Origin: Pocillopora damicornis
Lineage: Eukaryota
DNA length: 64,000 nt
NCBI RefSeq assembly: GCF_003704095.1
Contig: NW_020843442.1
Coordinates: forward strand, 124,001 to 188,000
Direction: 5' to 3'
Shown in pieces: positions 49,831-64,000 of this stretch (positions within the stretch are counted from its first letter, which is position 1; each line of letters begins with the position of its first letter). The position numbers and the translations under genes were made by a program. Under the pieces are notes generated by a model. The model was not told the DNA's origin, searched no databases, and saw nothing but the letters and a program-made list of their open reading frames with translations.

Positions 49831-51484
49831 CCCAGTCGAATTGATGATCGAGGACAAAAATATGCGAGTATAAATATGTGGATTGAGTAACAGTCTACAG
49901 TTTCTCAGCTGATTTACACCAAAAGAAATCCTTGAGGTAAGCACCCGCGGAAGCATACAAGGAGATTGCCTAAAAAATTATATTTAACCTATGTTTCCCT
50001 TTTCTCGTGTGTTCGGGTCAAGTTGTTCTCACGCGATAACCTCTTTCGAAAGAAAATGCTTGGGTACCTAGCCTTCTGTAAAAACCCTTTGGATGCTGGG
50101 GAGAATCGCCCCAGGTAACCTGAAAAGTTGTTAGGATTCTTAACCTTTGGTTACAACTTCCTCAGACCGAGATTCTTAAATACACTTAGGACAACATTCT
50201 AAATAACTATTTTATTTTCAATCTTCATCCCTTGTGTCTATTTTCAAGGATACAATTGCCCTCAACCCTTATGAGTATTCTATGGCGTTTAGAACATAGC
50301 ATTTGCCTTACGATTTTCTTTTTTCATGACTAGCCCACACAGATGGGTGGCTTTTACAAAAATAAGTTACAACACTTTTAAAAATTTGGTTGTGCAAGTC
50401 ACCAAGAAAAAGAATGCTTAATCTAAACCTTCTTCATTTACATATCAAAGTTGTTTTGCAACGATTTAGTTAAGAGTTCTGTAGCTTGCTAACATCGGTT
50501 AACAAATTCCTCAGTCTCTACGTTAATGACAAATTGTTTAAACATCATTACGTTTTATATATATACCCAAGGTTCAAAGGGTCTTGAAAATTTTCGTTTG
50601 GTTAAAAATTATTAAGTAGTCTTATCATTAAACTCAAAAAATCATGAACTCTTTGATTTAATCTGACAAGTAAATTTTGTACTGATAGATCATGAGCTTC
50701 TGTCGATGCCCACAAACAAACCTCAAAGTGACAAACTAAGTCCTTCCCTTTTCACAGTTCAGTTTTTTTTTAAACACAACAACAAGCCATAAAGTATTTC
50801 CAATATTTGTGGTCAGTTTCTAAGTTTCACAGTGATGGTATCAATCCCAAGACCAAATCCAAATATTTCTATGAGGAGCTGACACAGAATTTAAAATAAT
50901 TTTGTTTTCTTTATTATTCATAGCCTCTTGAGGTTGAAAAAAAGGTGTAGTAGTTACAGTGTTCTATAACTAAAATCATAGCTGAATAAATACAGTATAT
51001 GCTTCCAATAAAAAGAAATGAAAATTCAGTAAAAATTGGGATAAACTTGCTAAAGGTCAACCCAAATTTTTTTTTAAATTTACACATTATCTGTGCATCA
51101 GTCCTCTCAAACTTTGCACCTCCATGCTCATTTGCAGCAATTATTTTGTGTTTTCTTAGAGTTTCTGTCATTAACTAAGACAGTCACTTCTCACTGAATG
51201 GACACCCCCATAGAGCAGACACCTTCAAATAAGGGACAATCAAAAGTAGTCCCAACCATTTCACTGACAAAAAAACTTAGCTTATTTCAACCACAAAAAG
51301 GAGGGATTAGTGTTGACAGTGTGCACCCCAGAAAGAGTCGACAATTCAATCTATAGCAAGTCAGCCAGTGTGTACATTGTATTTCAATGTACTACCAAAC
51401 CCCATTACCTAAATGATCCTGTAACTACAAAATCATTTACAATGTTGACATTAAGACCACCTCCATGGCTAAAGGCCAAAGATA

Positions 51485-52445
51485 TCAGTATGTTGGATAT
51501 GTCTGCTGCTGATAGTTATAACCATACTGATTGTACCCTTGCTGCTGTGAATACTGTTGGTTGGTAGGATACCCTTGAGTACTTCCATAAGCATTCTGTG
51601 TAGCAGGCTGCTGCTGCTGCTGCTGTTGCTGCTGCGGAGGTACATAAACCTGATAGCTCTGTGTCTGCGTCTGTCCTGCAGTTGAGTAGGGTGCTGCCCC
51701 TGCCGGTGAGCCGGTGGGTGGTGGGTAACTTTGTTGACTTGGTTGACTATAAGGCTGCTGCAGCGGTTGGCTAGCTGGGTACCCTGACACAGAACTTGTC
51801 ATACCTGGGTAAGAAGATTGCGTCTGGGTGGAGGTGGGGGCATAAGACTGCGGAGCATTTTGTCCAGTTTGTGTAGCCTGCTGAGGATACTGAGTTTGCT
51901 GGGCATATGATCCAGCCACTTTGTTGGCAGGTGATGGTGTAATGTTCTGCTGCCCTGGAGCCTGCATCTGCTGTGATGCTGGGATGGACTGTGGAGGGTA
52001 CCCTTGTGAGGTTGGCTCTTGGCTCTTGGAACCTGCTATTCAAAAGGCATTAAAAATTATTCATGGAAACTGTACAGTTTCTACCCAATAAAACACTGAA
52101 ACATCTAAACAGTAAATCAGACACCACTATTTTATTCATCTGCCCTTCTAAAACCTGCAAAAAAGTCATATCTTTTTTCTGAATTTTGAGTTTTAATTTA
52201 TCAATATCTTCCCTCCTTATTGAACCTATGCTGTAAAGGACAACATCAGTAAAATGCTATCTCTGGATAGAGTCTGGTAGATGCAGTGACCTAAAAATTA
52301 CAACCCAACAAATTACAAGGAAGGAGAGAGGAAGGATATTCTGCAATGGAATAACATCCCATCCAAGAGTGGGTTGGCAATACTCCAAGTCCCTTTTATA
52401 TTACTGACACTTACTTTACATCAATTAAGGCATGAATGGTGTCAT

Positions 52446-52494
<49 letters not shown>

Positions 52495-54543
52495 TATAAT
52501 GGGATAATTTAGTGTTATCAACTGGGTTGAAGACATAAATTGGCCATCGTAAAGAGTTTTAAGGCTGACATTTCAAGCATTAGCCCTTTGTTAGAGGGAT
52601 AGGTGTCAGATCATCAAATTGAAGCCAACCACAAGCAATTTGAAAGAAGGAAAACAAAGAACCATTACAGACACATTTTTCTCCAACTGGAATTTGTGTA
52701 TGGCAGTTTGATTGTTTTTCTAGGTTACTCCATGATTGTATTTATGGTCTTTCACAAACCTATTCCTTCAGTAGTGCCTGCAGTGCTAGGGTACAGGTGT
52801 CCTGAGATGTTTCCCGTCGAACTGTCTGGTTGTGCTTTGTCCTTAGCAAGAGGATCAAACATGGTCACCTCAGGGGTTGGTTTGGGAGGCATTTGGGCTG
52901 GAAGTGTTCTTTCATTAGGGGGACCTAAACAGAAACAGAGCATAAAACTATGGGCCATTTTCCTGATACTGATTTAGTTAGAATGTTTTGACCATCACAA
53001 TTAACACGAAAAGGAAACACTGCATAGGGACAAGCAAATAGTCCACTTTCATCATTTTCATTTCTAGCTCCAGACCCATAAGTACAAAAAAATTCAATGA
53101 GAGTTGTGATTGCTCCACTTAAACCCTTTACACCCTAACATCAGTATGTATATTCTCCATACTGTTTTCTGTAGATTTCTTAAGGAATTGACAAAAAGAA
53201 TTTGTTTAACAATCAAGGGCTTTTTCAGTTGGTGATCATTTCCTTTATTGTTGCGAGCTAAATGTTTGATTCAGGGATGATATTGTAAGGAGAAATTAGA
53301 TGCCAGTTAGAAGTCAACTCAATTCATGATCCCTGTTCAAAGCATAATGAGCATGGTAAAAAAAAAAACTAATCCAAACTCTTCATTACAACTATGACGA
53401 TGCATATTGGAGATTCATGAGGCAAGCAAATGCTATTACCGAAAACTTTCCAGGATACTACTTCTAAGAACTTGAAATTTTTAAACAGCTGACTTTCTTT
53501 ACAAACCTTGCATACTAGGTATATCTTTTGGCTGTTCTTGTCCACCCTTCCTCTCCTCATTTTCATCCTTTACTTCCAGTCTATTCAGAAGATAATTAAT
53601 CCTATCCCTAACCTCTGTCAATTCCCTTCTAAACTCTGCAACCAGTGTGTGTTCAGGAGGTCTAGGTACACCATTAACTGCAGAGGAAATTGTTTAAATG
53701 ATCATGATTTAAAATTGACAAGAATTCTACCACAACTAGAATTAAAAAAGAAATTGACAGAGAAACAAAAATTTAAATTTTACTGAGCAATAAAAGACTT
53801 GCTGGAGATTGAAAACTTTCAGACAGCAGTCCTCAAACATTTGCCATTTGTCAAGTTTGGAAATCTAGTTTGCATATTCCATAATTGTCTTTACAGAATT
53901 CCTCTGCTCGTTTCAAAAACTTAAGCAATACAACTTATGATATAGCTAGTTATCCCTAAGTTAAATCTCAAGACATGTGTCAAGGTATTAAACTTAATGA
54001 ATGAAACAGTCCAAGGATAACATCTTTGCATCGTTAGGAACATACTCACAAAAAGAAACGTTCCACAAGTAAATGTAATTTAATTAACTTACCAAACAAT
54101 GTAATCTTTAATATTCTGCATATTGTTCGTGCAAAGGCAAGATCAGAACTGTCGAAAATAGTTACTAGATCGCCATCTGAAACAGAGGGGAAAAACTATT
54201 AAATGAAGCTTAGTGTCGTGCCTAAAGGAATGGTTTTCAACAATCAGCCGAGTTTATCGTCAAATCTGAAAGCCAAAAAGACCAGTCGACTAAACTCACC
54301 TTCATCCTTATATTTGATGGTAATATCATCTGTGCTACTAAGTTTACCACGGTAAACTCTCTGCATCATCAATAGTAGATCATCATAAGTCAAATCTTCG
54401 TTGTGAATTGGAATGCATCTTATATCATCCCCTAGACGAGCCTTAATAATCAATGTACCACTGAGATCTACATTGCCGCCTACAAAATTGACTCCTCTAT
54501 TTCCAGGAACTCCAATTGAGAATGTCTCTGGAGTATAATTCAT
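51485..54543 (-). CDS. TFG: Protein TFG (PB1 domain, coiled coil, P/Q/Y-rich tail), ~400 aa
   Basis: Exons 54543-54300, 54176-54093, 53677-53516, 52924-52760, 52032-51485 (1203 nt); [58 protein letters not shown] motif. Confidence 0.93.
52440..52602. mobile_element. Penelope-associated repeat fragment with a decayed hammerhead motif
   Basis: Shares segments with 57755-57992 (one direct, one inverted); minus strand ctaacaaagggctaatgcttgaaatgtcagc. Confidence 0.6.
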
Positions 54544-54736
54544 TTCCGAATGGGTATAAAAGTCGTGACAATTTCTATTTTCCAGTACTGTCCTTGTGAC
54601 AAAAATTACGTTGCTCTTCCAGAACTCAATGACTTCATTCGTTTCCAGTCTTCCAAAGATTAATCTTAATACTTGTACGCAGTACTTCTCCGACATAATC
54701 AAAGAACGCCTTGAAATTCTCTCTGCTATTGTCACC
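54544..54736. promoter_or_regulatory. Compact bidirectional promoter/5' UTR region between TFG and the NSUN gene
   Basis: Divergent ATGs at 54543(-) and 54737(+) are separated by 193 bp. Confidence 0.7.
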
Positions 54737-56830
54737 ATGTTTTCACGAATCTTTTTACAAAATAGTTTCTATCGCCATTTTCTATCTACTTTTAATAAAA
54801 GATATTACAAGAAGAAGTCATGGAAGGTAAGATGTATGCAGTTTTAATCATAACTGAAAACATTGCCTTGGGTAACTGGTTATTATTGATCTTATTCACA
54901 TACTGCGGCTTCGATATATTCACGATCAAAGTGTAAATTCATGGCCTTTTTCAAAGGTAAAATATTGCACATGATCACATTTTCACAGACCTAAGAGAGG
55001 CTCTAACATAGAAATGTGTTTTGAAAAACTGCGAGGCCCAAAGACAACCAACGTTCTTCGAGCTAAGGCTTGCTAGTCACCAATCCCCCCAGAGTATTGA
55101 GTATGGAAGAGCTGATTGACAAATTGTCATCAGGCTTTTAGACTTGATTACCAGCTGCTGTTCGGAAAATGAGCCCGCACTCAACCCCCACCACCCCCCC
55201 CAAGTCACAATCATTTTTTCTCGCAAGGATGGAACATTAAACTTGAGAAAACAGCAGAAACCGAACCTATTGGGCTTTCAGCTCTTTAAATAGCTATAAC
55301 AGGGATCTTTATTTTTAATATCTTATCTTTTGTTTTAGATGCAAAGGAAAAAAGCTTCTTCTTTGGAACATTTTGAAACCTTTTATGCTGACCAGTTTGG
55401 TGAGAAGTGGCCTATGATTTTTGAGTCACTTAAATTACCAATCCAGCACTGTGCAATGGTCAACAAGTTTTCTGCAGTTGAAGAAGTGCAGGAAAAACTC
55501 TCTTTGGTGGCAGCACGGCCTCAAAGTGTAGAACCTTTTACAAGCACCCTTAGTGAAGATGAGCAAAGTCAACTTACGTTGTCCTGTTACTTTCCAAGTT
55601 CTGAGGAAAGTGTTAGATTTCCCAAGCAAGGAGAGACAAGCAATGGATTTTTTGATTACTATCTTCTGGATGCTTCATCTCTCCTACCCGTTTTAGCTCT
55701 TGACATTTGTCCAGACAATACAGTGCTTGATATGTGTGCTGCTCCTGGAGGTAAAAGTGTCCTGATATCACAGTTTCTTTCAATAAGAGGTTGTATTATT
55801 GCCAGTGAAATTGCAAACCAGAGAAGGGCAAATCTTATTAAGGTAGGAGTGATTAACCTCTGAGGTAACCATGGTGATTTGTTTAAGAAGCATGCTTCTC
55901 AAATGTGTCAGACAGCAATTTGTATTGTGGCCATTCATCCACAGAAAATCGTTATAATTAGGTTTTTCTGATTTGAAAGACTATTTGAATAGATTTAAAA
56001 TGAGTTCATTATGAAAAAAAATTGGTAAATCGAGAGGGAGGGTCCTGGGGTGTGGCCCTCCCCACTCCCACATAGGAGCTGTGAGCTTTTTTAACTTCAT
56101 GTCAGACGCCAAAATTCTAGCAACAACAGGATTGCATGTGACTACTCAATATGAAGTATTTAAATTTAATTGTCTTGAAACATTTCTCAGCTTACTTAGG
56201 CTATGGTAAAAAAAATGTGTTTTCTAAATTAAAGCTTTAAAGCTCAAAAATTTCAGGATTCATCCCTGAAAAGGTTTATGTATTACTGTTCTTTCTGATC
56301 TTCTTGGTTAGGTAATTAAAGACTACATACCAAAGATCTCCAAAACTAAAGACTTGGTGCATGTCAGGAGCTTGACAGGTTTCAAGTACGGCGAGTACGA
56401 ACCAAACACGTATGACAGGGTATTACTTGATGTACCATGTTCTGCTGAGCGACATAACTTGCACACAAACTTTGAGTTTAGTTTTTGGTCAGAAAAACAC
56501 TCTGCAGCAAACGCTAACATACAGAAGAAGCTTCTTATGTCTGCGTTACAAACAGTTGTTCCTGGCGGTATAGTGGTTTATTCTACTTGCTCCATGTCGC
56601 CGATAGAAAATGACGGAGTCATAGATGAGGTTTTATCAAAATGTTCAGGAAACAAGCAGCTCAAAGTTGAAGTTGTGGACTCGCAGTTTGCAAATAATTC
56701 GTTTGCGAAAATGTTTGATTACAGAACGACCAAACACGGGGTACTTGTCGTCCCTTCTAAGACTAAGAATTGGGGTCCGATGTATTTTTGTAAACTTCAA
56801 CGACTGGCTATCGAATCTGAGCAATTCTAA
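54737..56830 (+). CDS. NSUN4: Mitochondrial RNA m5C methyltransferase of the NSUN4/NSUN3 family, ~370 aa
   Basis: Exons 54737-54826, 55339-55842, 56312-56830 (1113 nt); basic presequence; [56 protein letters not shown]4 versus NSUN3 is not certain. Confidence 0.85.
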
Positions 56831-57754
56831 ACCAAATCTGAACTCAGATACTTTTTTTTTAAGTGGGTTCAAATGTGTAACTCTAGAGAAGTGTACACGA
56901 TGATTTGAAATACAAAATCAATATCATTGAGCGTATCAAACGCCATAATATGACGAATTAAGATCTTTTATCTACCCGATTGATAGAAGAGAACGTGAAT
57001 CTTTTTTTTTTTTTTTTTGCATGAATAGCCACAAATAAAAAGTCTAGTTCATCACTTCTTCCCAACTTCAGGTAATTTATTCCATTCTTTTCTTGAAAGT
57101 TCTCTGTAAAAATCCACTGGCCTCCATAGAAATCTTTCATCCAGGCCCTGATCTAATCCTGCGAAGCATCAGTGAAAGATTTGTGAACGCAATTCCTCGT
57201 GTGTTATACTGCTTCTTGTAAACCACAACTTTTCATATCCTTTCTTTTTAAAACGCAGTTTACCCGTGATTTTGTCAAAAATCCAAACTCTCGTATAACG
57301 CGCATTATTTATATGCGTAATGATGGCTTTAATTGATTATTGTACGCAATTCGTTTTACACTGTTTTGGAAACAGAGCAATTAACAGGAATTCGTCACTA
57401 ACTGTGTATTAATGTTAAAAAAAAGAATATGATACTAGCAAAAATTCTTTTCCCCGACAAAGGCTCAGAAATCCGATCACGCGCTGACGATGATGCAGTA
57501 ACTTTCTTCGAGCAACGAAAGGTTTCTAAACAATTTCTGAATGAAAGGCCCCGCAGACAACTACTACAACTGACCATGATAGAGATATATTGAAGATATT
57601 TTGAAGATGACGGGGATATCTCTTGAATAGGTACAGGCAATTATGCCTTTTGACCAATAGTGTGGATCCTCTTCATTATGATGTAACCCACGCAATAAAC
57701 CCGACACAAACTCATTTGACTCCCACAAAGTACCGGTAACTTCCAAATTTGATA

Positions 57755-57992
57755 TCTTAGTATTATCAACTGAGTTAATAACCTAAATTGGCCACCGTCA
57801 AGAGTTTTAAAGTTCACGTTTCGAGCGTTAGCCCTTCGTCAGAGCGGATAGAGGAATTGTGGGTTGTGTATGCGTTTATATGCAAAAAATGGATAATACT
57901 AAATTACCTTAATAAAGTACAAAATTACCCTATTATAGTCTCCCAACGGCGCAGAACCACACAATCTTTAGAAACTTACCCCCTTTATTCAT
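57755..57992 (-). mobile_element. Penelope-associated repeat carrying a minimal hammerhead ribozyme motif (~57810-57846)
   Basis: Minus strand gctCTGACGAagggctaacgctcGAAACgtg. Confidence 0.65.
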
Positions 57993-58518
57993 TTGTCTTT
58001 AAAATTTGTGTCGCACCCGTCGCCTCTTTATGGTCCCGGATGTATTTCCTTCAAGGCACATTAGCCCTTCGACTCCTAAGGTGACTAGCATCTAATTTCT
58101 CCTTACAGTTTCACCCCTGAATCAGATATTAAGGTAACGAGAATAAAGGAAACGATCGCCGACTAAAGAAGCTCTTGATTGTTTAATAAACTCTCCTTGT
58201 CACCAGCTTGGGAATTGTATTTTGAACAGAGTGGATAAAAAAGCATACTGATGTTAAAACGAGAAGGGTTATTAAGTATTTGGTAAGTTGTATTCTATTC
58301 CTTCCAGATCCACGTTAGGTTTTAGCCATTTTTCGGTTTTTCTTTGTAGAGAAGAAACATCTGTTTGAGGCTCTAACTATTTTATTGACCTCCAGTTTAA
58401 CAGAGGAACATCAGGGATTTTGAAATAAACGATATTATGAAAAGAAATACAGACAAAATGATAAGCGACTGAAACGTCATGAACGAAAAAGAACAATGAA
58501 TGATAAACGAGAAATTCT

Positions 58519-58574
58519 TCATCTCGATCATCTCATCTCAATCATCTCATCTCGATCATCTCATCTCGATCATC
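58519..58574 (+). repeat. 14-bp tandem repeat, about 4 units
   Basis: (catctcgatcatct)n read directly. Confidence 0.85.
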
Positions 58575-58879
58575 CCTAACGATCACAAAATTATCTTGAA
58601 CCAATTATATTACACCAATTGTCTTAAACCAAACGTGTGGAAACGTCTTGTTGTTCTATTTAAACAAGATGCTGTCATCTAAGTCAAGTAATCGAAGTCG
58701 CACTATGACCACCATTAAGTGAAAAATACTTGGAACAGTGGTCTTTTTTGATGATCATGATGAAGCATATAATTATTCAATTACGGATATTAGTATCCTT
58801 CATCATTCATTTTCGCATTCAATTCGCATCCACTACCACCACAAACCCACATGTCTTGAACGAGTAGCCGCAGGATGTG

Positions 58880-62360
<3,481 letters not shown>

Positions 62361-63797
62361 TTTGGATTTTTCCAGTTGTTGAATCGCTCTTACATCGAGA
62401 AGTGTGGATGGACTGGAGAATAAAGGTTTGCGGAACGAAACAAAAAAATGCACCAGCTCCAAAAAACACAACCTTAGATCATGAGAAACCATAAAAAAAC
62501 GAAGATGATGAAAACTGAAAAAAAAAAAGAACACAACAAAACTAAGGAATAAGACGGAAAATAAATACGCAGAAGTGGAATGTATGATAATACAGAATCC
62601 TTAGCTGTTTTCTTTTGTCACGCAATGACGTGTTCCCAACGAGTTGCGTGTCATTCCCAAAAACGACATTTACCTCAAGATTTAATTCTCAGTTACCTTG
62701 AGTCAAATTACATGAAACTTAAAAAGGTTAAAATTGTTGTTCAGCAATCTTCTTGGTTATAAAGTTTTCGAAAGAGAATGGAGGACTTAACTGATACTAT
62801 TCAAACTACCAGGATCCAACAACTTTTTGTTGGGCACTAGCTACAACCTTAAAGTAGTATGTAGGGAAGGATTTCACGAGAAAAGGGTTAAGGGAGACCG
62901 TAACTGACTTATTGGCCGATATGGTTCTTAAGGTGTATTCGGTCTTTTTATCTTTCAATTTCGTCGAGGGAGAACAAAAGACAGTATTTATTTACCAAGA
63001 AAACTTGAAGGCGAAAGAGATCTACACTTCCCAAACTTAAAGGAGCAATTCATAAACGCACCCAGGGCTGTCCGCCCGGGCGCACCCATTGAAGCACTTG
63101 AGCTGATGATCCTTCGCAAATATTCGTTTACAAATCTTACAATTATGATGTGCGCACAACTTGGTTGGCCAAAAAATGGTCAAGGTCATGGAATTTTCTC
63201 GTCTCTCAAATGATGCAGCGAGTTGAAGTTGAAATGATAACTTAGTGGCGACTGTGATGTTCCTCGATAACTTATCAGTCAACTGAAGCCCATGTTTAAA
63301 GGTTGTCCTCGCGTCGTGCTGAACCGTAAGGCATTGTCATACAGTGGAAACATCTTTGGTCCCTCCCGAAAAAATGCTTCAAGAACATTTGTATGTTTTA
63401 CCGTCATTTAGGCGAGCCCTTCTTTCTGGGGACACTTTTCCTAGTCTCTAGGGCATAAATGCGCCTTTGAAGACTGCGGAAATCGACGAGTGAAGACCCT
63501 TTAATTTCAACAAGAATATTTGCTGTCTGAAATCCGGCACCCTGCAATTACAACCACCGTTTCCAATGCGCAATAAATAATTGGATTTTTATTTTGTCGA
63601 TGCCAGAGAGAAAAACGATTTGAATAAAACTCGCGACTATGTCTTATCATTGACATTGGTAAATCATGTGAGGTTCTGCTTATAGTGCTACAATTACAGA
63701 GACTTATCTTTCTATTCAAACTTTCCACCCTTCGCTCCCGAAGAAATGTAACAAGCTTTAATAATTTATAAGCAGGAGCATTCAGTTTGTATTTCTT

Positions 63798-63956
63798 TCA
63801 TCTCGGACACATGGCATGTCTTCCTCCATCAACAGGCAACGAAGCACCTGTCATGAAAGACGATTCACTGGATGCAAGGAAAGCAATTACACTCGATACT
63901 TCATCCACATTTCCTGGTCTTCCCAAGGCGTGAGTTTGTTTGCAACGTTCTAGAAA
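63798..63956 (-). CDS. Last exon of a second tandem SDR paralog (rest lies beyond the window)
   Basis: [52 protein letters not shown]; same 159-nt length and phase as 59038-58880. Confidence 0.9.
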   Translation of the reverse strand, partial: FLERCKQTHALGRPGNVDEVSSVIAFLASSESSFMTGASLPVDGGRHAMCPR

Positions 63957-64000
63957 CTGCACAAAAGAACAAAAAAGTTTTAAAACAAAACAAATTCGAC

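Noticed and set aside
57398-57746. Short minus-strand ORFs downstream of NSUN (also 63037-63282)
   Set aside because: No recognisable domain or consistent splice structure.

Overview
Eukaryotic, AT-rich, intron-rich genomic DNA from a gapped draft scaffold (10-N, 100-N and ~650-N gaps). Gene and repeat content suggest a cnidarian, probably a stony coral (inference). Left to right: (1) the 5' end of an unknown minus-strand gene; (2) an 11-exon, ~1113-aa TKL-type kinase with an N-terminal region resembling the SENP6/7 PH-like domain, GSPST repeats and a long coiled coil; (3) a ~24 kb unstable region (9.9-33.8 kb) where a cassette of a coiled-coil kinase and a convergent class A GPCR is repeated in both orientations, giving 3 kinase copies (gap-truncated, nonsense-mutated, doubly deleted), 3 GPCR copies and a 1.5 kb foldback transposon; (4) an intronless tropomyosin with an acidic tail; (5) a 21-exon cytosolic-type TyrRS (YARS1); (6) TFG and an NSUN4/NSUN3-like gene head-to-head; (7) two tandem SDR genes. 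Best leads: an upstream in-frame ATG adding a mitochondrial presequence to cytosolic TyrRS, the SENP-PH/kinase fusion, the amplifying kinase+GPCR cassette, a pair of structured non-coding elements near the YARS1 3' end, an SDR lacking its catalytic exon, and Penelope-type hammerhead remnants. All gene models were spliced by hand from GT/AG signals and frame continuity; no searches were run.
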